Origin: Octopus sinensis
Lineage: Eukaryota
Direction of reading: 5' to 3'
DNA: 64,000 bases
NCBI RefSeq assembly: GCF_006345805.1
Contig: NC_043012.1
Location: 15,066,001 to 15,130,000, forward strand
Shown here: positions 1 to 13,175 of the stretch, piece by piece
How the letters are laid out: each line of letters opens with the position of its first letter
Position numbering within the stretch: the stretch's first letter is position 1
Notes under the pieces: generated by a model
Seen by the model: the letters and a program-made list of their open reading frames with translations, nothing else
Told to the model about the DNA's origin: nothing
Database searches by the model: none
Made by a program: the position numbers and the translations under genes

Positions 1-7
1 TAGCATT

Positions 8-340
8 ATAATTATTATTTTAGTTTCTCTCTCAAAGCTCTTTCGTCACACATCCTGTGACCTCTTCAGCAACTCTTTATCCCATGTGTCACCTCTTGTT
101 CTTCTTATTCCATTTTGTCATTCTGTCAAGAGCAGACACATGGGATGAGGAGTCATTGAAGAGGTTACAGGAAGTTTGATAAAAGAACTTTGACAAAGAA
201 CCTAAAATAATGATAATAATAAAGCTGAAGTGAAGGCCAAATATGCAGTTTGTGTGTTTAAGTGTCAAAATATGACCATCCCCAAGCAAAACAATATCTG
301 TTTCAAAACATGATTTCTCATCAAGAATCTTGCAAAACAG
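8..340. mobile_element. Old Penelope-like fragment as a diverged inverted repeat (arms ~8-90 and ~135-220)
   Basis: Arms are reverse-complementary but diverged. Hammerhead core at 34-69 (-). Same family at ~8530-8750 and ~29590-29860. Confidence 0.55.
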
Positions 341-350
341 ATACATAAAG

Positions 351-448
<98 letters not shown>

Positions 449-450
449 GT
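351..450. repeat. (TA)n microsatellite (others at ~27460-27585 and ~36758-36832)
   Basis: Direct inspection. Confidence 0.98.
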
Positions 451-594
451 ATAATATGTATGTAGGTAGGGTAAAATCCCAGCTGTTTCCTCTTGGAGCA
501 CATCTGTTTATTCCATTATTACAATCCAATGTGTTGTTGCTGTTGTTGTGTATGTATCAGTATGTATATGTGCACATGAATGTGTATGTGTACA

Positions 595-639
<45 letters not shown>

Positions 640-799
640 ATGTATATCTATATCTCTTCTTTCTTTCCTTTCCTGAGTGTGCAATAACACTATATTTGTT
701 CCACATCCTCGCGTTGTTGTGTTTTCATGTCTGGATTAACTATATATATGTGTGTGTGTGTGTCTGTGTATTTTCATTGTAAAGAATCCAATTCTTTGC

Positions 800-1174
800 A
801 CTCCACAGATCCATCCTCTTTCACTGAATGCTTCAAACGATGCAGTAGAACTCTCGGTTGACGGTCTGGCCCTGCTGGATGAATTCTTAATGCTCCAGAG
901 CATGGGCTGCGGGGTCACTCCGAAAAGCTCTATCTACAACGATTTCATCTCAATCAAAGGAGAAGGGCTTTCTCTGTCCGGGTTGCGGATCCATGGAATA
1001 AGCTGCTGGACAAGATAGTGAAGATGCCGACGACCGCTCGGTTCAAAGTCTCTCTTGACCAGATATGGCCTGAACTCTTTGCATGAACACTCTCCATGTA
1101 CAATAACTCCCTGTCCCCCTACATGGCCTTGCTTTTGCTTTTTGAGCCAATAAAAATTGAATTGAATTGAATTG
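800..1174 (+). mobile_element. CR1/Jockey-group LINE 3' end
   Basis: Translates RGHSEKL...RAFSVRVADPWNKL...FKVSLD, a CR1-like C-terminus, with an (AATTG)n tail. Related copy at 47975-48192 (-). Confidence 0.7.
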
Positions 1175-1199
1175 CATAATACCACGGATGTCGAAAAAA

Positions 1200-1470
1200 A
1201 ACGATGAGTATTCTCTTGACTGAGCTGTCACTTGTGAAGTGCCTGTGCCACTTAAGATATTATTGCAAACAACCGATTTGCCTCGTCACCGTAAGCTTGC
1301 CGAAGCATGTTCGATGTCTCTGTAGCAGACTTCACATGTTTAACACAAAATCTCATGTTGGCTCTTTGTTCCAGCTTCTTATCCATGACAAAATTACAGA
1401 CCACAGCATATCTGATGCGATCACAAAAACACAAATTTCGCAACTTGCAAAGTAAACGCAGCAATATGTC
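1200..1470 (-). mobile_element. Mariner transposase N-terminal fragment
   Basis: LEQRANMRFCVK..KSATET..MLRQAYGDEA, homologous to 26338-26565. Confidence 0.7.
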
Positions 1471-1682
1471 ACTTGGCACACTAATTCATGAAGGTCATTG
1501 ATAGCTCTTACTGATATGTAGTGAAAGATTGGATAATAAAATATGTCTGTATTGTCATACTGCTGTCCATCCACTTCAAATTAGAATGTGCAGGAAATGA
1601 AGGTATGGCATGTATGGAACGACAGATTACATATTGTGGTTTGGCTGATTTATATACATGTATGTGCGTGTGTATATATATA

Positions 1683-2100
1683 TACTCTTTACTCTTTTAC
1701 TCTTTTACTTGTTTCAGTCATTTGACTGCGGCCATGCTGGAGCACCGCCTTTAGTCGAGCATATCAACCCCGGGACTTATTCTTTGTAAGCCCAGTACTT
1801 ATTCTATCGGTCTCTTTTGCCGAACCGCTAAGCGACGAGGACGTAAACACGCCAGCATCGGTTGTCAAGCAATGCTAGGGGGACAGACACACAAACACAC
1901 ACACATACAAATACACATATATATATATACATATATACGACAGGCTTCTTTCAGTTTCCGTCTACCAAATCCACTCACAAGGCATTGGTCGGACCGGGGC
2001 TATAGCAGAAAACACTTGCCCAAGATGCCACGCAGTGGGACTGAACCCGGAACCATGTGGTTGGTTAGCAAGCTACTTACCACACAGCCACTCCTGCGCC
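1683..2100 (-). mobile_element. tRNA-derived SINE family A (internal TA/TG microsatellite, AAAGAGT tail)
   Basis: Near-identical to 22173-22583. Further copies at ~2770-3135, 10190-10590, 10610-10935, 19710-20150, 27233-27749, 39058-39690, 59635-60008 and 61490-61830. Confidence 0.9.
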
Positions 2101-4118
2101 TATATATATATATTTATTCATTTAACAAAATGAATAAATAATCCAACATTCTAATATCCAAAAGTTGATGAACAAACTAACTTTGTTTCTCTATTTTCTT
2201 ATTTATATTATAAATTTATGGTAAAAATATTTCTTTACCTTCACCCATTTAATACAGTAAATGAGTTAATTGCATTGCAATTAAAAACATTTATGTATTA
2301 AGAATTTGGGTACTTTACCAACAGTATATTGAATAAATAGTATCCCGTAGTGGGTTACTCCCATAACCCCTATCTTACTTTGTACTATATATATATATAT
2401 ATATATATGAGCTGAGCTGAGACCCCCTTTGGTCATGACTGACCGTGGGATTGCACCAAGAAAGTTACCCTCCCAGGCACAAGTTCGGGCAAGTTGCCCA
2501 TGCATACCGGCCTCCCTTCTCCACGCCACCAGTGTTATCCAAGGGAAAGGCAAAGGCAGATACAGCTTGGCACTTGTGATGTCACAACTCATTTCTACAG
2601 CTGAGTGAACTGGAGATTGTGAAATAAAGTCTTGCTCAAGAACACAACACGCAGCCCGGTCCGGGATTCAAACTCACAACCTCATGAGCGTAAGTTCGAC
2701 GCTCTAACCACTGAGCAATTCGCCTTCACTATATATATTTATGTGTGTGTGTGTGTGTGTATTTATATATAGGCATGGCTGTGTGGTAAGAAGCCTGCTT
2801 CCCAACCACATGGTTCTCAGTTTAGTCCCATTGCGTAGCACCTTGGGCAAGAGCCTTCTACTAAGGCCTCAGGTTGACCAAAGCCTTGTGGATTTAGTAG
2901 ACAGAAACTGAAAGAAGCCCATCTTATATATGCATGTATTTATGTTTGAGTCTTTGTGTCTGTGTTTGTCCCTCCACCACTGCTTGACTGCCGGTGTTGG
3001 TGTGTTTATGTCCTCATTACTTAGTGGTTCAGCAAAAGAGACTGATAGAATAAGTACTGGGGTTAATTCCTTCTGACTAAAATTCTTCAAGGCAGTGCTC
3101 CAGCATGGCCACAGTATAATGACTGAAATAAGTAAAAAACGTATATAATGAACCTATTGTATATGGTGCTCAGGTGCATGTCAAAAGAACTGAATCCAAG
3201 ACCTTACAATCACCAGCAGAACACCATAACCACTGGGCTATGTGCCTTAACTTCTTTTGTGCCGTACGACTACAGGTTCATAGTTAATATGGAGCCATAA
3301 CAAAAATGATCTTTGTACTAAAGATCTGCTCATCTAGAGTGGCCCTGTGGCCACATCAAGAACCAAACACACAGAGAGAGAACAAAAGGCAACATTTCAA
3401 TGCACCCATTTCCCTTTCCCCTCTCTCTCTGTCTCTCCCTGTATTTCCCTGATGCCTTTCCCTCTATGTTTATGCTGTACAGTTCTACATGCAGCGACAT
3501 GTAGCATAATTCCTTCCAACCGGCAAATTTGTTTTTGCTTTGATGTCAGTTATGTTTAGTCTCTTCAAAAGTAGGTGGTTATTATTTACCCCCAGATAAG
3601 AAAACTTACTTGAAAAAGCAAAAGAAAAAAAAAAGTCCCATCTTACTTCTTTAAGTAATATTTCTAAGGCTATACCACATAATTTGTCCATTCTTTTAAG
3701 ATGGTATGGTGTGATTTTGATAGCTACTTGGTTGCTATTTCTAGTAAGTTGTAAGTTGAGCTTGTTTAGTTCCATCTTATGTACAAATCATAACCTACTG
3801 GATTAAACACCTTACAGTATTCCATCTGGTTCCTCTATAGTTCTGGGTTCAAGTCCTGCAGAATTCACTTTGTACTTTGTCTATGGTCAATAAAATTAAT
3901 ATATATAGTTACATTAATATTAATCGAAGTTTACAGTATTATATATCCATTACAGCCAATCTTATCAGTCAGTTTCACACTAGGGGTTCGACAGAGTGTT
4001 AGGTAACAGCCTGATTATGCAGCCCTGTACTCTTCAGAGATAGCAGTTATGGAATGAAATATGGTGACTGCTCTCTATGTTCTGAGTTCAAATCCTGCTA
4101 GCTTTCACTTTGCAATAA

Positions 4119-4448
4119 AATTCTTGGATTGGATGGAAAAGGGACAGTTATATATGATCAATGGAATCAATGTTCCAGTTGAATTCTTGTAGACTTTTTT
4201 TAAATGATTTGGTATTGAAGAAGGGATCTTGACTGTGGGCATCATAAGTCCCCCACGACTAGTTAGAGGAATGTTCAAGAGAGACATCAGCCACATTCCT
4301 CTAACTAGTCTTGGGGGACTTATGATGCCCACAGTCAAGATCCCTTCTTCAATACCAAATCATTTTAAAAAAGTCTACAAGAATTCAACTGGAACATTGA
4401 TTCCATTGATCATATATAACTGTCCCTTTTCCATCCAATCCAAGAATT
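4119..4448. repeat. Near-perfect fold-back palindrome, 156-bp arms, 18-nt loop
   Basis: 4119-4274 pairs with 4293-4448; two mismatches seen. Confidence 0.95.
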
Positions 4449-5804
4449 ACTGTAAATGATAGGAGTTCTGTTTTCTTTTCTTCAATAAATAACTAAATAA
4501 ATAAAACCTGTGACAAAAAAAAAAAATCAATAATTCAATATTAATGTGTTTTAAGATATCCAGGACTTCATCCAACTAAATAACTCTGATGAAACAATAA
4601 AGATAAAATCTATTGAAAAAGATTACAAATAAACTGTTTGATGCTGCTGGTAGCTAACATCAAATCAAAGGTGGCCTTGAAGTGTTTCTATAGCAAAGAA
4701 GAGTGACACACAATAAACAAACCCATCATGTGGTGGGAGTTGTGCGTTTTGAATGTCTATATAAACATGAATGTTAGTGAGTGGGTGTATATATATTAGT
4801 CAGCAAGTGTTTTAGTGAATATGTATGAAAGCAGGTATAGCTGAGATGTTAAGATGTTTGCCTTGCAAATCAAAGATATCGGGTTCGATCTCATTGAGTT
4901 CAGCAAGTGTGAATTTTTTTTGTCTGTCTGTCTGTCTTTTATCTTTTACTTGTTTCAGTTATTAGTCTGTGGCCATGCCGGAGCACCACTTTGAAGAATT
5001 TTTTAGTCAAATGAATCGATCCTAGGACTTATTTTTTTTTAAAGTCTGGCAGTTATCCTATCAGCCAAACCACTAAGCCACAGGGACATAAACACACCAG
5101 CACCAAGCTGTCAAGTGGTGGTGGAGGACAAACACAGACACAAAGACACACACACACACACACACACAGATATATGCATACATACAATGGACTTCTTTTC
5201 AATTTCCATCTACCAAATCCACCCACCAGACTTTGGTTGTGCATTTTTTTTAAACCATAGCCACAGGTTGGCTCAAGTCTTCTGAGTGAAATTCCATTAA
5301 AAAAACACCCTGTATGGTGTAGCATTGTTAGTTGTTGCATTGCTCAAGTAAATCTTAAAATCAAAAGTCTTCTCACCATAAACATCCTATTTTTTTGTTA
5401 AGCATATCGTATCAAGGTGTATATTATCCAAAATGTATCTCTCTTTTATAGGAATGGCTGTGTAGTTGAGAAGCATGCTTTCCAACCATGTCACCTTGGG
5501 TTCAATCCAACTGTGCAGCACATTGGGAAATTCTCTTTCATTACAGCTCCATGCCGACCAAAGCCTTAAATATCCTATAATTGTCATTACTGTATTGATA
5601 TATAAAATAACACATGCAACTCATTTATTATTGTCATATAATAAACAAACAGAAGTTCATGTATGAAGTTGATCTTTTTTCTACTTCAGCTATTACATGT
5701 TTTTTCTTATAAAATACACACATACAGGAGGAGTAAACCTATATATATATATATATAACACTTTGAATGTAACTCCCAAGAAAGAGTAAAAGTAATTACC
5801 CGAT

Positions 5805-5901
5805 CAACAATGGGTATTACTGCTAGTATTCAATGAAATACTGGAGAGAGTGATGGAAGAGTGATAATGTTGGGAGCCACTTACAGTATATTTGATAAAG
5901 T

Positions 5902-5937
<36 letters not shown>

Positions 5938-6392
5938 AAACAACAAAGGGAGCTACTTACACTATAATTGATAAGGTACCGGAGAGGGAAATAGAAGAAA
6001 GAAAATAGCGGGGAACCACTTAGGCTATAATTGATGAAATACTGGAGAAAGAGACAGAAAAGAGACAACAACAGGAGCTACTTACAGTCTATTTGATAAA
6101 ATACTGGGGGGAGTAACAGAAGAGAATCAAAAATGAGAGCCACTTACAGCATAATTGATAAGGTACTGGTGAGAGAAATAAAAGAGATCAACAATTGTAG
6201 CCACTTAGAGTGTATTAGATAAAGTGCTGGAGAGAATGATGGGAAAGAACCAACAGTGGGGACCACTTACACTATAATTGATAAAGTAATGTAGAGAATG
6301 GCAGGAGACAACAATGGGAGTCACTTAACCCTAAATATGGTTAAATACTGGAGGGAGTAATTGAAGAGAGACAGCAATGGTAGCCAATTATA
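5805..6392. repeat. Degenerate ~62-bp minisatellite, ~9.5 units
   Basis: Core GGAGCCACTTACACTATAATTGATAAAGTACTGGAG recurs with ACTTA at 5879, 5955, 6018, 6080, 6142, 6203, 6265, 6323. Confidence 0.85.
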
Positions 6393-8954
6393 TTATATAT
6401 TTCTTTACTACCCACAAGGGGCTAAACACAGAGGGGACAAACGAGGACAGACAAACGGATTAAGTCAATTACATTGGCCCCAGTGCATAACTGGTACTTA
6501 TTTAATCGACCTCAAAAGGATGAAAGGCTAAGTTAACCTCGGCGGAATTTGAACTCAGAACGCAGTGGCAGACGAAATACCGCAAAGCATTTCGCCCGGC
6601 GTGCACTAACGTTTCTGCCAGCTTGACGCCTTATGCAATTATATTATAATTCAAGAAATAGGGAGTTCAGTTAAGTGAACAACAGGAACCCTAATGATCA
6701 AAGCAAACAGGGCATTTGTTTCCTCTGGCTCTTTATATGCTGAATTGTAAAATAGACTGATAGAATAAATACTAGGCTTACAAAGAATAAGTTCTGGGGT
6801 CAATGGGCTCAACTAAAGGTGATGCTCCAGCATGGCCACAGTCAAATGACTGAAACAAGTTAAAGAAGAGAGATATATGGTTATACATGCGCTCGTATGT
6901 AAATAGTGTCGTAAATTTTTCTGTATTTGTAAATGTGTGTGGGAAGATGAACAGCTTCATGAAACATTGATATATGGTTAAATAGAAACACAAGTGGAGA
7001 AATATTGATATGTAGGATATTCTAAATATCTTTTAAGTGGAAGTTTTACTGAAATTAGCAAACAAGTACAAACTTGTTATCCTCAAAAGATTTATAGACC
7101 AGAATATTAACTATTTCATAAAGGGATTCATGTTGGGCCGTCTTTTCAGTAACAATGTTTCCATACAAGCAAACAGATGGATGAATAAAGAGAAAACTAA
7201 GAACAATTATTGACTTATGAGATGACGGAGTCAATCGAAGGGTATTGGAAAAGCTGGTGAGGGGTGGGTGGTTGCTATCCGGTTGCTGGTAGTGTGTTGC
7301 ATCGGTGGTGAAGATGTTTAGCAGTGCAATCTATCTGATAGAAAATAAGGAACAATTCACTGCTGTAAACATCTACCTCCACCTCTCTAATAGGAATTGA
7401 AGGGGCCCATAGATAAATAATGATTGAGAATCACAGAGTTAGATGTAAGTTTTGTGGTTCAAGAAAGACTTAACTTTTATTAATATATAGGTGTAGGAGT
7501 GGCTGTGTGGTAAGTAGCTTGCTTACGAACCACATGGTTCCAGGTTCAGTCCCACTGCTGTAAACAGTGGAAACATTGTGAAATTGACAAATGTTTTGTT
7601 ACTGAAGGGAACTAGGTTCCAGTTGGACTTGCGTGAAAGTTAACATGATCAATCACCTCTTTCATGGGTATCTCTCATTATCATCATCATCGTTTAACGT
7701 CCGCTTTCCATGCTAGCATGGGTTGGACGGTTCAACTGGGGTCTGGGAAGCCATGGAGGCTGCACCAGGCTCCAGTCTGATCTGGCAGTGTTTCTACAGC
7801 TGGATGCTCTTCCTAATGCCAACCACTCCGTGAGTGTAGTGGGTGCTTTTTACGTGCCACCGGTACAGAAGCCAGTCAAGAGGCACTAGCATCAGCCATG
7901 TTCGAATTGTGCTTTTTACATGCCACCGGCATGGAGGCCAGTCAAGGCAGCGCAGGCAACGGCCACGTTCAGATGGTTCTTTTACGTGCCACGGGCACTG
8001 GTATCACAACTGCAATTTCCATTGATTTTTGATTGATTTTGATTTCACTTGGCTCAACAGGTCTTCGCAAGCAGTAGACTGGCTACATCCTAGGTAGAGG
8101 CCACGGGTTATGGTCTCACTTGTCCAAAAATCAAGCAATTTGTTTAATTACACTGTGCAACACAATTTTTGTCCTCGTGTAGCAACTGTTATTTCCTATT
8201 TGCTTACCCCTGGAAAGTATGAGAAATGGCTAATATTTTCTTCAAACTTTGCTTTTGTTACAATATTTATTCAAACTCCAAAGAGTCCCTCTCAACACAT
8301 GGCTTTGATGCTCCCCCACTACTCCTGCACACAAGACACACATACACATACTTAAGACAGAATGAGAAAAAACAAAGAAAGAAATAAGTAAACAAACAAA
8401 AGAAAAAACAACTAAATGGAAGACACAAGTACAGAGTAGTAATTAAAGTCATATACATGCACACACACACACACACACATGCGTAGATAAGGATACACAG
8501 CACAGAAAGATTGGACTAAATAGAACAAAAGGAGACACATGGGATGGAGAGTTACTGAAGAGGTCACAGGAGGTGTGACAAAAAGATTTCAGACAAAGGA
8601 CACTAAAACAATAATAATCATAAAACTGAAGTACGAATGAGTATATAGTGCATGTGATTCTTGGGGAGGTGAGGATGGCCATTCCCAAATATAACAATAT
8701 CTGTTGCAGCACATGATTTCGCAGGAATCTTGCAAAACAAATTCCTAAACATTACAACATATATTAAATACATTTATTTTCAGTTAGCAAAGTTTCTATT
8801 TCAACCTGTATTTACTTCATTGATTTTTTTTTCCTGGGAAAGGCTTTACAACTCCTAACTACCTCTCTTCTATCAATTTGAGTAAATTTTTTTTTTACCA
8901 ATGTAACAACTTTTATTATTGTCTTCAGGTGGTGGTAACACAGTGATGTTTGCA

Positions 8955-8965
8955 GCAGAGGCAGC

Positions 8966-9020
<55 letters not shown>

Positions 9021-9026
9021 GTAGTG

Positions 9027-9101
<75 letters not shown>
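8955..9101. repeat. Compound (GTA)n/(GCA)n microsatellite
   Basis: Direct inspection. Confidence 0.97.
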
Positions 9102-9102
<1 letters not shown>

Positions 9103-12100
9103 GTGTTTATCTTTGATCTCAATATTAACTAATCTCATGTCTGGCACTCTGTTATTTATCCATCTTGTTTATCCATATAATAAAGATAATTAGTAGATGT
9201 TTCACAGGTAATTACAGCGGAGCTGATGTTAATTGATAGAACGTTTAGTCTAACTTGGCTCTGTGTATTTAGAAAGACTCTAGTGATACTTTTTAACTGG
9301 TCTCTCCTAATTGACTGCTCGTTATATCAGGGTGGAATCATATTAATTATTTAAAAGACAATCCATCAATGTTATATTTTCTTTTATTTGTTATTCCCCT
9401 CTAAACCCCCCACCCACCTACCAAAAACAGAAGAAGCTATGACCTGACTGAATTGTTAGCATATCAGATGAAATGCCCTGTGCAATATTTCTAACGATTT
9501 AGGCGGTGAGCTGGCAGAATCATTAGCACACCAGGCAAAATGCTTAGCAGCATTTTGTCCGTCTTTACATTGTGAGTTCAAATTCTGCTGAGGTTGGCTT
9601 TGCCTTTCTTCCTTTCATGGTTGATAAGATGAGTGCAAGTTGAGCACTGGGGTTGATGTAATCAACTTACCCCTTTCCTGAACTTGCATGGCCTTGTGCC
9701 AAAATTTGAAATCAATATTTCTTTCGGTTCTTTCAGAATTCAAGCTTTTCATCCTTTTCATCATCATCATCATCATCATCGTTTAACGTCCGTTTTCCAT
9801 GCTAGCATGGGTTGGACGGTTCGACTGGGGTCTGGGAGGCTGCACCAGGCTCCAGTCTGATCTGGCAGTGTTTCTTTCTAACGCTGGATGCCCTTTCTAA
9901 CGCCAACCACTCCGCGAGTGTTGTGGGTGCTTTTTACGTGCCAGGGGAGGCTGGCAACGTCCACGATCGGTTGGTGCTTTTTACGTGCCACCAGCACGGA
10001 AGCCAGTGAAGGTGGCGCTGGCATCGACCACGTACGGATAGTACTTTTAATCAAATACTGGAGTCAATGGTAGCAGCTAACACCCAACCATTGAAAAATT
10101 ATGGTTTTGTGCTTACAGTAGAAGCAGGCCCGGATTAAGACCCACAGAAGCCTTAAGCACTTACAAGATCTTTGTGTCCCCATACATATACTCTTTACTC
10201 TTACTCTCTCTTTTACTTGTTTCAGTCATTTGACTGTGGCCATGCTGGAGCACTGCCTTTAGTTGAGCAAATCGACCCCAGCACTCATTCTTTGTAAGCC
10301 TAGTACTTATTCTATCAGTCTCTTTTGCTGAACCGCTAAGTTACGGGGACGTAAACACACCACCATCGGTTGTCGAGCTATGTTGGTGGGGGGACAAACA
10401 CAGACACACAAACATATACACACTCACACACACATACATATATATGATGGGCTTCTTTCAGTTTCTGTCAACCAAATCCACTCACAAGGCTTTGGTAGAA
10501 GACACTTGCCCAATGTGTCACACAGTGGGACTGAACCTGGAACCATGTGATTGCTAAACAAGCTACTTACCACACAGCCAATCCTACGCCTAGTTATTTC
10601 TAATAAAAAAGAATTTACTTATTCTTTGTATGCCTAGTACTTATTCTATCAGTCTCTTATGCCGAACTGCTAAGTTATGGAGACGTAAACACACCAGCAT
10701 TGGTTGTCAAGCGATGTTGGGGGGACAAACACAGATGCACAAACATGTACCCACACATACATATACATATATACAATGGGCTTCTTTCAGTTTCCGTCTA
10801 CCAAATCCACTCACAAGGCTTTGGTCGGCCCAAGGCTGTAGTAGAAGACACTTGCCTAAGGTGCCACGTAGTGGGACTGAACCTGGTACCATGTGGTTCG
10901 TCAGCAAGTTACTTACCACACAGCCACACCTGCGCTTATATATGTAATTCAAAATATAAACAATAATAAGCCATAAAATAAATTTTAATTATTTTTAATG
11001 AAACAAAACTAGCAGTAAGATAGAAAATAATGTTCATATTTGTTTACTTCCACTTTACATTTAAAAAATTTTTCTCGTACATTTTTTTTGTAATTGCAGA
11101 GTCTTTGATCAGATCCTCACCATGACTCTACGAACACTTTGGAATTACATTTCTGACTATATAAACCACTTTGAATATTATTTTGGCAAGTTTGAAGTGA
11201 TTTCTTTTGTGCCATAAACCATTTACCATTTCTGTGGCACCCCACTCCCTTTGATGCCCTAAACATTTGCTTATTTTGGTTCATGGTTAATCCAGCACTG
11301 AATCGAGACCACTATTTTTTTGCCAAAACTATTATTTCTGCTATTATCAAATAGTAACAATATAAAATTTTAGGTAAGAAAATAATTATCAAGAATATAC
11401 TTTTTGACAAGCTTAAATCAAATCTCTTTGACAAACAGGTAAAAATGAAATACTCAAAGAAAGTATTTTAATATTACAGAGATGTACTTGCATAGCAAGT
11501 GACTTGATCTGAGATCGTGTGCTGGAACGAAAACAATTGCAGCGTGGAAGGTGTTTGTAAGCCATTTAAGAAACACGCAAAAACTGTTAGATTCACTTCA
11601 ACATTTAAATTTAATTTGTCAAAATATTTCTGTCGCTTTGAGGCCGCATGGAATTTTGTCAATGAACAGGTTTCAGTCTCAAATCACAAGGCTTTGGTCG
11701 GCCTGAGGCTATAGTAGAAAACACTCGGCCAAGGTGCCACACAGTGGGACTGAACCTGGAACCATGTGGTTGGTAAGCAAGCTACTTACCACACAGCCAC
11801 TCCTAAGCATGTATTCAATGGATAAAATAATGCATCTACATGCATTCTTTTTTATTATTTCTAGCTTGATGGACTTTGAGATTCACTATTCCAAAAAGAA
11901 AAAAGAAATTATTTTACATTCTCCTAAAAGTTTATAAATTCTTATGATGACAATCTTTTTTTTTTTCCCGCTCTTTAAATAAATAAAAAGTGTTGGAAAT
12001 TAGCAATTCCCTCCCCCCACACCATCACCTTCTTAATGAGTAAATAATTTGTTTATATTCTTTATCACCAGATAGAACTAAAGAGATAAACATCAAATAA

Positions 12101-12434
12101 AAAGACTGGTGTTTAATATCGTTGTGGGTTTGGCTCGGTGGCGGGGGTCTCGAAGAAAACTGCTTTTTGATGTTATTTTACATTCTACACTTATCTGAAT
12201 GTTTTATTAGACAATGAAGGGCTGAGGAAGAAGCAAACATTGTCGGCATGCATAAAGGATTAACTGACCTTAATCCAGCCCAGATTATTTTATCCATTGA
12301 ATACTTCTTCCTTAAGACAGTAAAATATGACTTGACGGAGTTTTGGCTGATGTTTCTAGCAGATCAATAAACTCCGAAAAAGATCCCTTCGTTGTTGTTG
12401 TTGTTGTGCAGGTTAAAGCAAGGAGTAAAGTAGT

Positions 12435-12570
12435 CCGGAAGTTCTGCGAATGCTCCTGGCAACTGTTGCTAAGATGCTACGTCTCTCACCAATAATAAAC
12501 AGGTTCCAAGTTTTGTTTGTTTGTTTTGTTAATGTTGTTTTCGTCCTAATGACGCCGCTTCCCTGACAAC
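12435..12570 (+). promoter_or_regulatory. Putative SAXO proximal promoter with ETS, RFX X-box-like and forkhead motifs
   Basis: CCGGAAGT 12435-12442. X-box half-sites TGGCAAC and GTTGCTA 12457-12471. ATAAACA 12495-12501. GCTTCCCTGACAAC 12557-12570. Locally CpG-enriched, repeat-free, 190-325 nt upstream of the ATG. Confidence 0.45.
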
Positions 12571-12759
12571 AGTTGTGTTGTGTTACAGTTTATTCCCGTC
12601 CAGATTTCCAAGCTTCGGTGTTAAATTTTTGTATCTTTCAAGGAGAAGACGAGTTGTGTGTGTGGCACAACTTATTATTTCTCAGGGCTAATTTCGATAT
12701 CTTTTACACCTATTTCTGTATTTTGGGAACTGAGAATATTTTGAAGCTTGAATTTAACC

Positions 12760-12797
12760 ATGACTCTGAAATGTATTTGTAACATATGCACTTGTGG
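12760..12797 (+). CDS. SAXO: SAXO/FAM154-family gene, coding exon 1 (MTLKCICNICTCG)
   Basis: ATG at 12760. The Cys-rich CxCxxCxCG N-terminus is typical of SAXO1/2. Donor GG|gtaagt at 12797/12798, phase 2, matches exon 2. Confidence 0.92.
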
Positions 12798-13175
12798 GTA
12801 AGTCACTACAATTATTTTGGACTATTGCTACACTTTATCACCGAGCACAAAATTAATTCACGTACGATGTGCATGTTTGTCCTACATAAGCAGCCTTTCT
12901 TCTCGCTACACAAAAAAACATGCACAAAGAGACAGGTACTCAGTCGTACATATGCAGGTGTGTCCCACAGGTAACCCGTTTCCTAATGATTTTAGTAAAA
13001 TGGATATTTTCGAAAGAAAATTTTCTGCAAATATTTTCAGATGGTGTAGATTCCAATTGTTTATATTAGAAGTTGTGAAATTTTTCTTTCATCGGTTGAA
13101 GAGAGGAGTTTCGGAAAATTCACATGGGTCAGCTTTGTTACCTCATAATTAGCAGAAAATTAGATATTTTTAAAT

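Noticed and set aside
89-782. Long ORFs with poly-YI/IY/VC runs (also 27349-27664, 8812-9147, 33569-34188)
   Set aside because: Translations of (TA)n, (TG)n, (GTA)n and (TAA)n microsatellites; no splice or protein-family support.
4274-4282. TTCAAGAGA (classic synthetic shRNA loop) at the centre of the palindrome
   Set aside because: It covers only part of an 18-nt loop, the arms are 156 bp, and no vector sequence is nearby; treated as coincidence.
4570-4620. CTGATGAAAC motif
   Set aside because: No stem II between CUGAUGA and GAAA; chance match.
5805-6392. CRISPR-like repeat-spacer appearance
   Set aside because: Eukaryotic context, cores are degenerate, linkers are mutually similar purine-rich sequence, and no cas genes are present.
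11100-11520. Plus-strand exon-like segments (VFDQILTM...FVP*; KKIIIKNILF...KQ)
   Set aside because: Acceptors look plausible, but no consistent upstream exon chain exists, one implied intron is only ~41 nt, and no family is recognised.
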